Assembly (NCBI GenBank): GCA_963716925.1 | Contig: CAVQUX010000025.1 | Span: forward strand, 144,751-208,750 | Length of the DNA: 64,000 nucleotides | Direction: 5' to 3' | Source of the DNA: an uncultured Acidobacteriota bacterium | GTDB taxonomy: Bacteria; Acidobacteriota; Vicinamibacteria; Marinacidobacterales; SMYC01 | Part shown: one piece after another, positions 1-10,511 of the stretch | How the letters are laid out: every line of letters starts with the position of its first letter | Position numbering within the stretch: position 1 is the stretch's first letter | Translations under genes and position numbers: made by a program | The notes under the pieces: model-generated | Told to the model about the DNA's origin: nothing | What the model saw: the letters and a program-made list of their open reading frames with translations, nothing else | Databases searched by the model: none

Positions 1-311
1 CCGGCGCCGACGCCGAGAAGCTCGGGTTCCTCTCCGAGGACTCGCGCCTCGAGACCGCTCTCGCCGAGGTGACGCGGGTCTGGCCCGAGGCTCCGAAGCT
101 CTGGGAGAGCGCCGCCATCAAGTACTGGAACGAGGACCCCTGGGTGCGGGGAAGCTACTCCTTTCTCGGCGTCGGCCAGAAGGATTTCCGGGCGACCGCG
201 AGGAAGCCCGAGGGCGTCGTTCACTTCGCGGGCGAGCACACCGCGACCGCCTCGATGAACGGCGCCATCGCGTCCGGAGTCCGGGTCGCCAAGGAGATCC
301 AGGGAACGTGA
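1..311 (+). CDS. flavin-containing amine oxidase, C-terminal fragment (5' end lies outside the window)
   Basis: The frame is open from base 1. The C-terminal motifs WNEDPWVRGSYSF...FAGEHTA...NGAIASG are typical of the FAD amine oxidase family. Stop at 311. Confidence 0.6.
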   Translation, partial: GADAEKLGFLSEDSRLETALAEVTRVWPEAPKLWESAAIKYWNEDPWVRGSYSFLGVGQKDFRATARKPEGVVHFAGEHTATASMNGAIASGVRVAKEIQGT

Positions 312-1567
312 AGCTCGTCCTCTTCTTCCTGACCGTTGCCGGGGCTTCCGACAACTGGCCTCAATTCCGGGGTCCGGACTCGATGGGGGTGGCGGAGGAC
401 CCGCGCCTTCCCGATACCTGGAGCGCCACCGAGAACGTCACCTGGAGAGCTTCCATTCCCGGCCGCGGATGGTCGTCCCCGATCCTCTGGGGAGACCGCA
501 TCTTCGTCACGTCCGTCGTCTCCGACACCGAGCAAGGGGCCCCGAAGACGGGGCTCTATTCCGGCGGTCCTCAGGAGATTCCGGGAGGCGAGCACCGGTG
601 GATGGTCTACGGGATCGACTGGGACACGGGCGCGGTCGCCTGGGAAAAGGAGGTTCACCGCGCGAGGCCCTCGAAAGCCCGCCATCTCAAGAACAGCTAT
701 GCCTCCGAGACCCCGGTTGCCGATGCCGAGCGTCTGTACGTCTACTTCGGAAACCTCGGCGTCTTCGCCTTCGATCACCAGGGAGAGCTTCTCTGGAAGA
801 AGGAGCTGCCGCCCCACGAGACCCGGAACGGCTGGGGCACGGCCTCCTCTCCGGTGCTTCACGAAGGCAGGCTCTACCTGGTGAACGACAACGAGGAGGA
901 CTCCAGCCTTCTCGCCCTGGAGGCGGCGACGGGTAGAGAGATCTTTCGCGTTCCTCGCGAAGAGAAGTCCAACTGGTCGACGCCTTATGTGTGGACGAAC
1001 GCCCTTCGCACGGAAATCGTGACCACGGGCGCGAACAAGATCCGGAGCTACGATCTCGACGGCAAGCTCCTCTGGGAAATACCGGGAATGTCGTCGATCA
1101 CCATCCCGACTCCCTTCTCCAAGTTCGGCCTGCTCTTCGTCTCCTCCGGCTACGTGGGGGACGATCTGCGCCCGGTCTATGCCATCAAGCCAGGAGGCGA
1201 GATCGCCTGGACCCACCGCCAGGCCGGCCCCTACAACCCCTCCCCCGTCCTCTACGGCGACCACTACTACACCCTCCACGATCGGGGCTTCTTCACCAGC
1301 CACGATGCCCGAACGGGAACGGAGATCTACGACAAGCAGCGCATCGATCCGGCGGCGGGAGCTTTCACCGCGTCTCCCTGGGCGTACAACGGGAAGATCT
1401 TTTGCTTGAGCGAGGAGGGGGTGACCTACGTGATCCAGGCGGGGCCGGAGTTCCGGGTGGTGGGCAAGAACCCGCTCGACGAAGTGGCGCTCGCGACCCC
1501 CGCAATCGCAAGGGGAAGTCTCCTGATCCGAACCGCGACGAAGCTCTACCGGATCGCCAGACATTAG
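308..1567 (+). CDS. PQQ-like beta-propeller repeat protein (secreted), paralog 1 of 3 in this window
   Basis: N-terminal signal peptide followed by NWPQFRGP...WSSPI. Repeated propeller blades are present. The GTG start overlaps the stop of the upstream gene. Confidence 0.8.
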   Translation: MKLVLFFLTVAGASDNWPQFRGPDSMGVAEDPRLPDTWSATENVTWRASIPGRGWSSPILWGDRIFVTSVVSDTEQGAPKTGLYSGGPQEIPGGEHRWMVYGIDWDTGAVAWEKEVHRARPSKARHLKNSYASETPVADAERLYVYFGNLGVFAFDHQGELLWKKELPPHETRNGWGTASSPVLHEGRLYLVNDNEEDSSLLALEAATGREIFRVPREEKSNWSTPYVWTNALRTEIVTTGANKIRSYDLDGKLLWEIPGMSSITIPTPFSKFGLLFVSSGYVGDDLRPVYAIKPGGEIAWTHRQAGPYNPSPVLYGDHYYTLHDRGFFTSHDARTGTEIYDKQRIDPAAGAFTASPWAYNGKIFCLSEEGVTYVIQAGPEFRVVGKNPLDEVALATPAIARGSLLIRTATKLYRIARH

Positions 1568-1584
1568 GATCGATTGGGGGAAAT

Positions 1585-1668
<84 letters not shown>

Positions 1669-1794
1669 GACTCCTCCCTCCCTCGAGCTCAACTCGCCGC
1701 AGCCAAGAGCAGGGATAGCTTTCTTTCTTCGTGCCCTGGCGTTCCTCGCGCCCTTGCGTTCGTTCCGGTTCGTCAGTCGGGCGCGTGGTATTCA

Positions 1795-3132
1795 GTGAGC
1801 GAGCTCCCGCGGAAGCTCGGGCTCGCGGACGGAGCCCTCCTTCTCGTGGGCTCCGTCATCGGCTCCGGGATCTTCGTCGTCCCGAGCCTCATCGCACGCC
1901 GCGTTCCCGAGCCCGGCCTGGTCATCGCCATCTGGGCCTGCTCCGGCCTTCTGGTGCTCGCCGGCGCCCTCGCCCTCGCCGAGCTCGGCGCCATGCTCCC
2001 CCAGTCCGGCGGACTCTACGTCTACATGCGCGAGGCCTACGGAAGGTTCTTCGCGTTTCTCTACGGATGGACCGTCGTGCTGGTGGTGATCCCCGGCTCG
2101 ATGGCCGCTCTCACCACCGCTTTTCTCCTGTACCTGGGGCATTTCTTTCCCCTTCCTCCGGCGGCGGCGAAAGTCCTGGGGATCCTCGTGCTTCTCGTTC
2201 TCGCCTACGTGAACTCCCGCGGCGTGCGCTGGGGCGCGAACGTTCAGAACGGTTTCACCATCCTGAAGGCGGGGAGCCTCCTGGCGCTGGTTCTGGCGGC
2301 CGTCATCACCAGACGCGGGTCGACCGAGAACTTCTTCCCCCTGGCTCCGGAGACGTTCGATCTCGACGTCTTCGGCGCGATCGGGGTCGCGATGATCTCC
2401 ACGCTCTTCGCCTACGACGGCTGGCATTTCGTGGGCTTCGTGGCCGGGGAAATGAAGGAGCCTTCGAAGAACGTGCACCGCAGCATCCTCATCGGGATCT
2501 TCATCGTGATCGCCATCTACGTGGCGGTCAATCTCGCCTACATTTTCGCCCTCGGTCAGGCGGGTATCGCCGCCTCCGACCGCGTTTCTTCCGACGCGGT
2601 GTCGGTGATGATCGGCCCCGTGGGCGCGAGCCTCATCGCCATCGCCATCATCTGCTCGACGTTCGGAGCGAACGCCGCCAACATGCTCGCGGGACCACGC
2701 GTCCTCTTCGCCCTCGCGAAGGACGGGCTGGTCTTCCCGAAGCTCGCGGAGATTCATCCCCGCTTCAGAAGCCCCGCGAACGCCATCTGGTTTCTCGCGA
2801 TCTGGGCCGCCGTCCTCACTCTGACCGGCGGCTACGAGCACTTGATCACGATGGCGATGTTCGCGAACTGGATACTTTTCACCATGGTCGCGTACTCCGT
2901 GGTGGTGCTGCGGCGCCGCCACCCGGAATGGCCGCGGCCCTACCGCGTGCCGTTCTATCCATTTCCGGTGGTGATCTTCGTCCTGGTGGCGGCGGTGTTC
3001 GTCCTGAACACCCTGGTGGAGTCGACGCGGAGCTCGATCTACGGGCTCGTGATCCAGGGGGTGGGAGTAATCTTCTATCTCGTGTGGCGGTCTACTTCCG
3101 ACCCGGCCCGCGCCGCCGCACCTGCGGAATGA
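1795..3132 (+). CDS. APC-family amino acid permease
   Basis: 445 aa with 12 predicted TM segments. The N-terminal GALLLVGSVIGSGIFVVP motif is typical of APC transporters. Confidence 0.85.
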   Translation: MSELPRKLGLADGALLLVGSVIGSGIFVVPSLIARRVPEPGLVIAIWACSGLLVLAGALALAELGAMLPQSGGLYVYMREAYGRFFAFLYGWTVVLVVIPGSMAALTTAFLLYLGHFFPLPPAAAKVLGILVLLVLAYVNSRGVRWGANVQNGFTILKAGSLLALVLAAVITRRGSTENFFPLAPETFDLDVFGAIGVAMISTLFAYDGWHFVGFVAGEMKEPSKNVHRSILIGIFIVIAIYVAVNLAYIFALGQAGIAASDRVSSDAVSVMIGPVGASLIAIAIICSTFGANAANMLAGPRVLFALAKDGLVFPKLAEIHPRFRSPANAIWFLAIWAAVLTLTGGYEHLITMAMFANWILFTMVAYSVVVLRRRHPEWPRPYRVPFYPFPVVIFVLVAAVFVLNTLVESTRSSIYGLVIQGVGVIFYLVWRSTSDPARAAAPAE

Positions 3133-3592
3133 ACGTCACCCAGAGGCGGGCCGAAACCGTCCGGACGATTCCCATGTACTTGTTGAGGGGATGCCGGCGC
3201 GAAAGCGATCGAAACGCCGGCTTCGACCGCGGCACCAGGTGCCGGAGCTCGCTCATGAGCCTTCGGTCGTCGGGGTGCGCCACCAGTCCCTCGGTGAGGG
3301 CCACGATGGCCTCCCCCCGCCTGCGGCTCATCGCCAGAACCCGCCCGAGGTTCAGATAGAGATCGCTCGACCTTCGCCCGTCCTTTTCGATCGCCCGCCG
3401 GCAGAGCGCGATCGCCGCGTCGAATCGGCCCTCGGTCAAGGCCATCAGGAGCCCGCAGTAGGAGAGGTGGTCCGGGTCGGCGCTCCCGTCCTCGACGAGC
3501 TTCTTGAGGGAGCTCGCGGCGAAAGTGAACAGGCGGGAGCGGTAATCCTCCATCGCGCTCTTGAAGAGAAGCTCCCGCTCGTTCGGGTCCAT
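3092..3592 (-). CDS. hypothetical protein, TPR-like helical repeats
   Basis: 166 aa ORF with protein-like composition on the same strand as the downstream thrC-like gene. No family recognised with certainty. Confidence 0.4.
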   Translation of the reverse strand: MDPNERELLFKSAMEDYRSRLFTFAASSLKKLVEDGSADPDHLSYCGLLMALTEGRFDAAIALCRRAIEKDGRRSSDLYLNLGRVLAMSRRRGEAIVALTEGLVAHPDDRRLMSELRHLVPRSKPAFRSLSRRHPLNKYMGIVRTVSARLWVTFIPQVRRRGPGRK

Positions 3593-3602
3593 GGAGGAAA
3601 GC

Positions 3603-4829
3603 CTAGGCGAACCGGCGCCGAAATTCCAGTACGGAGATCACATTTGGGACGGAAACGAGCGTTTTCGCCGCACCCATGTCCTTGAAGCCCGTCCCTGTGG
3701 CGAGACAGCAGACGCTCGCTTTGGGATCGATAATCCCTCGCTCGACGAGGCTTCTCAGCGCCGCGACCGCGGTCGCGCTCGAGGGCTCCACGAAGAGGCC
3801 CTCCGTCGAAGCGATCAGCTTCTCCGCTTCGAGCGTCTCCTCGTCGCTCACGGCGATCGCGACTCCCCCGGACTCGGCGATCGCGGGCACGGCGATGTGC
3901 GCATCGAAGATCACGTCGTCGGCGATGGCGCCGCAGATCGTCCGAATCTCGGGCCATCGCCGGGAGGCGGCATCCTTCCAGGAGAGGCCGAGATGGACGG
4001 CTTCGACGAACGGAGCGCAGCCTTCGGCCTGGACCCCCGCGAGGCGCGGCAGCCGATCGATCGCCCCGAGAGCCTTCAGCTCGCGGAAGCCTCGCCATAT
4101 CGAGCCGAGGTTTCCGCCCCCGCCTACGGGAACCACGAGCCAGTCGGGCACGTCGGACGCGAGCTCGTAGGCGATGGTCTTCGAGCCTTCCAGGGTGAAA
4201 GGATTGTAGAGGGCGGTCGTGGCGACGACGTGCCAGTCAAAGCGCTGCGCGGCCTCCTCCATCAACGCGAAGACCGCCGCCGGAGAGCTCTCGTCGATGC
4301 GAAAGAGCTCGGCGCCGTACATGAGGATCTGGGAGAGTTTCTCCTCCGGCACGGAGCGGGGCACGAAGACTTTCGCTTCCAGCCCCGCCTTCGCAGCGTA
4401 AGCCGCCGCCGCGGCGGCGACGTTTCCGGAGGACTGAACCGCGACCGTGGTCTTCCCCAGCTCTTTCGCGCGCGAGATCCCGACGGAGAGCATCCGGTCC
4501 TTGAACGAGCCCGTCGGGTTCCGGGTCTCGTCCTTCACCGTCAGGCTCTCGAGCCCGAGCGCGGCGGCGAGCCTCGGCGCTTCGAGCCGCGGCGTCCCCC
4601 CCTCGCCGAGCGAGACGATGGAGCTCCTCTCGAGGACGGGAAGAAGCGGGAAGTGCCTCCATATTCCGGGAAGACCAGGCTCCTCGAGACGCTCGAGAGG
4701 GTAGTGCGGAACGAGAGGCCCGTCGCAGCCCGCGCAGCGCCGGCCGCCGTAGGAGACTTCGTGCCGGGCGCCGCAGCCGGCGCAATCCAAACGAAACTTG
4801 CCGTCCATCCGGGAATTGGACTGTATCAC
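3603..4829 (-). CDS. thrC: threonine synthase-like PLP-dependent enzyme with N-terminal Cys4 zinc ribbon
   Basis: CAGCG...CAGCDGPL zinc ribbon, then the PLP lysine motif TGSFKDR and the GGGGN glycine loop of the tryptophan synthase beta-like fold. Confidence 0.8.
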   Translation of the reverse strand: MIQSNSRMDGKFRLDCAGCGARHEVSYGGRRCAGCDGPLVPHYPLERLEEPGLPGIWRHFPLLPVLERSSIVSLGEGGTPRLEAPRLAAALGLESLTVKDETRNPTGSFKDRMLSVGISRAKELGKTTVAVQSSGNVAAAAAAYAAKAGLEAKVFVPRSVPEEKLSQILMYGAELFRIDESSPAAVFALMEEAAQRFDWHVVATTALYNPFTLEGSKTIAYELASDVPDWLVVPVGGGGNLGSIWRGFRELKALGAIDRLPRLAGVQAEGCAPFVEAVHLGLSWKDAASRRWPEIRTICGAIADDVIFDAHIAVPAIAESGGVAIAVSDEETLEAEKLIASTEGLFVEPSSATAVAALRSLVERGIIDPKASVCCLATGTGFKDMGAAKTLVSVPNVISVLEFRRRFA

Positions 4830-4852
4830 CCTTCGCGGATAGTCTTGAGCGC

Positions 4853-7288
4853 ATGCTTCGCGAGCTCGAGCAATCGATCCGGGGACTCCTGCGCTCTCCC
4901 GCTCACTCGGCGATCGTCGTTCTCACGATGGCTCTCGGAATCGGCGCCACGGCGACCATCGCGAGCGTCGTCAACGGAGTGCTCCTGCGGCCGCTCCCGT
5001 TCCACGATCCGGAGCGCCTGATGATGGTCTGGCAAAGGGCCCCCGGGGTCGGCGTCGAGGAGGACTGGCTCTCGCCGGCGCAGTACTTCGATCTCCGCGA
5101 GAAAGTCCAGGGATTCGAGGAGCTGGCGATGGTCTTCGGAACCAACGTCACCCTGACCGGGGACCGCGCCGAGCCCGAGCGGCTCGGCGCCCTCAACGTG
5201 ACTTCGTCCTTTTTCGACCTCTTCGGTATCGAGCCCGTTCTCGGAAGACGCCTCTCCGCCGAAGACGACCTTCCCGGGGCGGCGGTGAAGGTCCTCCTGT
5301 CGGAGAACCTGTACCAGCGGCGCTTCCAGGGCGACCCGGCGGTTCTGGGCCGCACCATCGAAGTGGACGGCGAGCGTCTCGAGGTTGCGGGAGTGCTGCC
5401 CCCCCTCCCCCTGGACGAAGACCTTCTCCCGACGCTGAACACCGTGCCGGTGTTCGATCTCGTCACGTCGCTCCCCATCGAGGACCCCGGGATCACCACC
5501 CGCGGGTCGGAGAACTACAACGTGATCGGAAGGCTCGCCCCGTCCACGACTCCGGCGGAGCTCGAAGGGGAGCTTCTGCGGGTGGCGGAGGGAGTGGTCC
5601 AGGATGCGGGGAGCCTCGGCGCCGGGCTCGAAGCGGGACGGGGGTACCGCATCGACGCGGTCTCGCTCCTCGATGAAGTGGTGGGGCCGGTGCGCTCCCC
5701 GCTGCTGCTTCTCCTCGGCGCTACCGCCGCCCTCCTCCTCATCGCCTGCGCCAACGTGGCGAACCTCGTTCTCACCCGGGCCGCGGCCCGGAGCCGCGAG
5801 CTCGCCCTCCGCGCCGCCATCGGGGCGTCGCGATGGCGCCTGATCCGGCACGCGTTGATCCCGAACCTCCTTCTCGGCCTCGTCGCCGGAGGCCTGGGTC
5901 TTCTCCTGGCGGTCCAGGCGATCGGTGCCCTGCGCATGGCATCGCCGCCGGATCTTCCGAGGCTCGCCGAGATCGCCATCGATCCCGCGATCGTCACCTT
6001 CGCCATCGCGCTCTCTCTCGCGTCGAGCCTTCTGTTCGGCCTGGTCCCCGCCCTGCGCCTCTCGGAGGTCTCGCCCACCGAGGCGCTGCGCGAGGGGGCG
6101 ACGGCGGTGAGAGCCCGGTCGCTCTGGCGGGGCGGATCGCGCTACTTCGTGATCGTTCAAGTGGCGCTGTCTCTCGTGCTCGCGACCGGCGCCGGACTCC
6201 TCCTCCGCACGTTCTTCGAGCTTCGCTCCACCGCCCCCGGATTCCGCACGGAAGGAGCCGTGACGTTTCGCGTCTCGCTCGTCGGTGAGCGCTACGAGGA
6301 CCGCGCGGCGAGGGACCGATTCTTCGAGCTCCTGTTCGAGCGCATCCGCGCGGGCAGCGGGGTGTCCAATGCCGGAGGGATCTCGATGCTTCCCCTGACC
6401 CGCGGTTTCGCCTGGACCGACTTCCTCGTCCAGGACCAGCAGGACCCCGAGCGCAACCGTGTGGTCGCCGACGTGCACGTCGTGACCCCGGGCTACTTCG
6501 AGGCCATGGGCATTCCCCTTCTCGCCGGGCGGACTTTCACGAATGCGGACGACGGCGAGCCTCTCGAGGTCGTGGTGAACCGGGCGCTCGCGGAGCGCTT
6601 CTTTCGAATCGACGAAGCCGTGGGGAAGTGGGTCGCGCGCCGGCCCGAGGAGCGCCTTTCGATCCTGGGAGTGGTCGAGAACGTGAAGCATTACGGCCTC
6701 GGCACCGAGCCGCGCATGACGGTCTTCTTCCCCTACGAGGCCTATGCCAGCCGGACCCTCTACGGCGTCGCGAGCGGCCCCGGAGGCGCGGAGTCGATCG
6801 CTCCCCGGGTGAGCGAAGCCGTCCAGGCGCTCGACCCCCAGATCCCGGTATACGACTCCCGAACGATGAGCGAGCGCGTGTCGGACTCTCTCGCGCGGGA
6901 ACGGGTCCTGATGATGCTTCTCCTTCTCTTCAGCGGCATCGCCGTCACCCTGGCGACCGTGGGTCTCTACGGCGTCCTGTCGTTCACCGTCGCCACCCAT
7001 GCCCGGGAGCTCGGAATCCGCAAGGCCGTCGGAGCGAGCGGCGCGGATCTCTACCGGCACGTGCTCCGCGGAGCCCTCGGGGTCGTCGGGGTCGGGATCG
7101 CTCTCGGGATCGCGGCCGCTCTGTTCGCCGCAAGGCTCACCTCAGGCTTGCTCTACGGTGTCGAGGCGTCCGATCCGCTGACCCTCGCCGCCGCCGCGGC
7201 TCTCCTTCTCGCCGTGGGGCTTTGCGCGAGCATTCTCCCGGCGCGTCGAGCGGCCGGCATCGACCCCGTCATCGCACTCAAGGAGTAA
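4853..7288 (+). CDS. ABC transporter permease, duplicated FtsX/MacB-like (ADOP family)
   Basis: 811 aa. Two MacB-periplasmic/FtsX modules in one polypeptide. The N-terminus MLRELEQSIRGLLRSPAHSAIVVLTMALGIGATATI matches the Acidobacterial duplicated orphan permease family. Confidence 0.85.
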   Translation: MLRELEQSIRGLLRSPAHSAIVVLTMALGIGATATIASVVNGVLLRPLPFHDPERLMMVWQRAPGVGVEEDWLSPAQYFDLREKVQGFEELAMVFGTNVTLTGDRAEPERLGALNVTSSFFDLFGIEPVLGRRLSAEDDLPGAAVKVLLSENLYQRRFQGDPAVLGRTIEVDGERLEVAGVLPPLPLDEDLLPTLNTVPVFDLVTSLPIEDPGITTRGSENYNVIGRLAPSTTPAELEGELLRVAEGVVQDAGSLGAGLEAGRGYRIDAVSLLDEVVGPVRSPLLLLLGATAALLLIACANVANLVLTRAAARSRELALRAAIGASRWRLIRHALIPNLLLGLVAGGLGLLLAVQAIGALRMASPPDLPRLAEIAIDPAIVTFAIALSLASSLLFGLVPALRLSEVSPTEALREGATAVRARSLWRGGSRYFVIVQVALSLVLATGAGLLLRTFFELRSTAPGFRTEGAVTFRVSLVGERYEDRAARDRFFELLFERIRAGSGVSNAGGISMLPLTRGFAWTDFLVQDQQDPERNRVVADVHVVTPGYFEAMGIPLLAGRTFTNADDGEPLEVVVNRALAERFFRIDEAVGKWVARRPEERLSILGVVENVKHYGLGTEPRMTVFFPYEAYASRTLYGVASGPGGAESIAPRVSEAVQALDPQIPVYDSRTMSERVSDSLARERVLMMLLLLFSGIAVTLATVGLYGVLSFTVATHARELGIRKAVGASGADLYRHVLRGALGVVGVGIALGIAAALFAARLTSGLLYGVEASDPLTLAAAAALLLAVGLCASILPARRAAGIDPVIALKE

Positions 7289-7292
7289 GACC

Positions 7293-8807
7293 ATGTCACG
7301 GGCCACGATCCTCTTGACTCTACTCGCGCCTCTCGCTTCCTGCACCGGAACGAGAGCTCCCGAGGCTCCCGCGGGTCCGGCTCGCTCCGAGAGAGAGAGG
7401 GTCGTCGAGATGTTCGCGCGGAGCTACGTCCCCGGCCGGAGCGGCCAGATTTTCCTCGTGGCCGAGAAAGGCGACTTCTTCCTGTCCCGGCGCGACGACG
7501 TCTACCAGTTCATGCACGGAGGCCCTTGGGAATACGACGTCGAGATCCCGCTCCTGTTCCATGGAGAACCCTTCGTCCGCAGAGGCGAGTATCCCGGTCC
7601 CGCCCGCCAGCAGGACGTGGCCCCGACGCTCGCCGCGATTCTCGGACTTCCGGTCCCCACGACGATGACCGGGCGCGCGCTCACCCAAGCCCTGTCCGGC
7701 GGAAGCGAGCGGCCGCGCGTCCTCTTCCTCGCGGTTCTCGACGGAATGGGCACGGACACCTGGAAGCGGCTTACACCCGCGCTACCGACGCTCTCGCGGC
7801 TTCGGACGGAGGGGGCGTGGTTCCAAGAGGCGCGCATCGACTATCTTCCCACGGTCACCAGCGCCGGTCATTCCACCATTGCCACGGGCACCGACCCGCG
7901 CTTCCACGGAATCCACGCGAACGCCACCTTCGACCGCAGAACGGGAAAGGGAGACGAGCCCTTTCCCGGAATGAGCCCGAAGAACTACCTCGCGTTCACG
8001 CTCGCCGATCACTGGAACCTCGCGACGTCCGGCAGGGCGGTCCTCATCGCCCAGGGAACTACGCCGCGGGGCGTGGTTTCTCTCGCGGGATTCGGGGCCT
8101 GCGCGATCAACGGCCGCCCGATCGTGATGGCGATGTTCGACGAGAAGAAGGCGGGATGGGTGACCAACGAGGACTGCTTCCGCCTTCCCGAATACCTCGA
8201 GGACGATCACGCGGCGAAGGCATGGGAGGCGGTCTCCGGCACCTGGATGGGACACAAGATCGACAGCGGCCGGACGATCCTTCGAACCGGCCTCTTTCCG
8301 CGCTTTCAGACGGATGCGCTCATCGAGATGATCGAGAAGGAGTCCGTCGGAAAGGACGCGATTCCCGATCTGCTCCTCGTGAATTTCAAGACCCCCGACT
8401 ACGTGACCCACCAGTACGGGCCCGAGTCGAAGGAGGCGGAGGAGGCCCTGCGCGCCCTCGACTCCGAGATCGCGCGCGTGCTCTCGGCGCTCGACGCCGC
8501 TGCCGGTGCGGGCCGAACCGTGGTCGCCATCACTTCCGATCACGGGATGCCGCCCGAGCCCAAGGCGCCGGACCAGGCGCGCCGCTACGTCGAAGACATA
8601 GTCTCCGCGGTGAACCAGCGGTTCGACCCCGAAGGACGCCTCGTACTGGACTTCAGCGACGGAGCGAACTGCCAGATGTACGTGAACATCGATCGTCTGG
8701 ACGAGTTGAAGCTCGGGCTCGACGACGTTGCCGCGTTCCTGGAGGAGATGCCTTTCATCCGCTTCGCGTTCACCGAGGACCAGGTCCGCGCCACGCGGGT
8801 TCGATGA
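7293..8807 (+). CDS. alkaline phosphatase / nucleotide pyrophosphatase (type I phosphodiesterase) family lipoprotein
   Basis: Lipobox LASCTG. AP-superfamily metal-binding segments are present (LDGMGTD, TVTSAGHSTIATG, ITSDHGM). Confidence 0.7.
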   Translation: MSRATILLTLLAPLASCTGTRAPEAPAGPARSERERVVEMFARSYVPGRSGQIFLVAEKGDFFLSRRDDVYQFMHGGPWEYDVEIPLLFHGEPFVRRGEYPGPARQQDVAPTLAAILGLPVPTTMTGRALTQALSGGSERPRVLFLAVLDGMGTDTWKRLTPALPTLSRLRTEGAWFQEARIDYLPTVTSAGHSTIATGTDPRFHGIHANATFDRRTGKGDEPFPGMSPKNYLAFTLADHWNLATSGRAVLIAQGTTPRGVVSLAGFGACAINGRPIVMAMFDEKKAGWVTNEDCFRLPEYLEDDHAAKAWEAVSGTWMGHKIDSGRTILRTGLFPRFQTDALIEMIEKESVGKDAIPDLLLVNFKTPDYVTHQYGPESKEAEEALRALDSEIARVLSALDAAAGAGRTVVAITSDHGMPPEPKAPDQARRYVEDIVSAVNQRFDPEGRLVLDFSDGANCQMYVNIDRLDELKLGLDDVAAFLEEMPFIRFAFTEDQVRATRVR

Positions 8808-8923
8808 AGTCTTCCGGCCTGTCGCCGTCGGGACCTTCAATCCTTCGGTTGCCGCTCAGCGGTCGCCCTCTCGCCCGCGCGCGATCGACTCGAACGTGGA
8901 GACGAGAACGCTCCGACTCAGGG

Positions 8924-10229
8924 CTAGCGCCCTCGATTCAGCCAGTAGAGCGCCGCCCCGGCCGCGAGCGCTCCGGCCCCGCCCAGGAGCTGGGGCCGCG
9001 TCGCGCCCGCGATGAGGGCGAGGGAGATCAGAATCGCCGCCAGGGGAACAATGGGTCCGAAGGGTACGGTGAACGTCGCCCCCTGGACCCGTCCGGCGAA
9101 CCGCTTCCGCCGGAGAGCGAGGGTCGCGGCACAAGCTCCGGTGTAGGTGACCAGACGCGCCACCGCGCTCACCGTCGCCAGATAGACGAACGAGCCCGAC
9201 AGGGCGAGGGCGAGCGCGACGATCGAGGTGAACCAGATCGCCTTGGAGGGAGTGCGGTGGACGGGGTCGATGTAGCGGAAGAAACGCGGAAGCGCGCCGT
9301 TCTCCGAGAGGGCGAAGAGCATCCTCGAGCCGGTCAGGACCTGCCCGGCGTTGTTGCCGGTCATGGCGACGACCGATCCGATGCCGATGAGCGCCGCCCC
9401 CGCGGGCCCCATGAAGGCGAGGGCCGCATCCGCGATCGGGGTCCGGGTGCTCGCGAGAATCCCCATGGGTGGTCATGGCGATGACTTGCGTCAGCGTCAT
9501 GATCGCCGTAACCGCGAGAATGGTGGCGATGAAAGCGAAGGGAAGGTGGCGCCTGGGGTCGCTCGCCTCACCCGCCGGCACTCCGATGACGTCGTAGCCT
9601 CCGTAGGCGAAGATGAGGAGGAGCCCCGCCGCCGCCGCGCTCTCGAGGGTGAGCTCCGGCAGCGGCGCGAGCCTGCTCCACTCGGCGAAGAACAGGCCGA
9701 CGGCGATGAAGACCGCGAGAGGCACCAGCTTGGCCAGGGTGAGCGAGTTCACGAGCCAGGCGCTCTGCGTGATCCCCCGCGCGTTGATGAATGCGAGAGT
9801 CAGAGTGAGGCCGGCGATGAGGAGCGCTCTGCCAGGGCCGGCCTTCATCACCGGCCAGTAGAAGGCGAGCGCGAGGGCGATCCCGTTCGCGACCGAGGCC
9901 TGGCTCGCGGCCCGGGTGAACCACTGCATCCATCCCACTTCGAACGCGACGAAGCGCCCGAACGCCGCCTGAGTGTAGAGATAGGGCCCGCCCGTGCCCT
10001 CGAAGCGGCTTCCGACCTCGGCGAAGCAGAGGGCGACGGCGAGCGACGCCAGGCCCGCGAGCACGAAAGCGATCGGGCTCCAATTCCCGATGAGCGCCAT
10101 GAGCTCCGAGGGGAGAAGGAAGATCGAGACGCCGATGACCTGGTTGATCCCGATGGCGGTCAGGTCCCAGCGCCCGAGAGCGCGCTTCAGGGTCGGTGCC
10201 GGAGGGGCTTGGTTCGGGGAGGAGGACAC
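8924..10229 (-). pseudogene. APC-family amino acid permease interrupted by a +1 frameshift near 9455-9470
   Basis: The N-terminal 2/3 of the permease is in the frame of the 457 aa ORF, which turns Arg-rich after ...VIAMTTHGD. The C-terminal 180 aa (GILASTRTPIADAALAFMGPAG...) is in the 8924..9466 ORF. The junction lies at a cccc/gggg run (ccccatggg). Confidence 0.7.
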
Positions 10230-10267
10230 GGCCGCGACGTTATATCACGGCGGCGCCATTCGCCCCG

Positions 10268-10345
10268 TGGAAGCTTCAATGGATGCGGGAGGAGGTGAGC
10301 TTGACGTCGGCACGCGGCCAGGCCTTCTCGAAACGCTCCTTTGCG
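10268..10345. repeat. ~70 bp near-identical copy of the 3' end of the TPR gene at 13918-13990 (direct repeat flanking the TolB-amidohydrolase gene)
   Basis: gaagcttcaatggatgcgggaggaggtgagcttgacgtcggcacgcggccaggccttctcgaaacgctc versus gaagcttcaacgcatgcgggaggaggtgagcttgacgtcggcccgcgaccaggccttctcgaaacgctc. The copy at 10268 would encode ERFEKAWPRADVKLTSSRIH* on the minus strand, with no gene body upstream. Confidence 0.8.
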
Positions 10346-10511
10346 CTCCGGGGGATCACACGGGTGAAATTCGGACAAGAAATGGCATCATAGGGCCGCG
10401 GAACCGGTAGGCATTTGTCCCGGTTTCGGCCATGCGCGGCCGGACTCGCGCTGGCACTTCTTGATCCGGCGGTCGGCCCATTCAGTACAACGATCCAAAG
10501 AGAGACTCGAC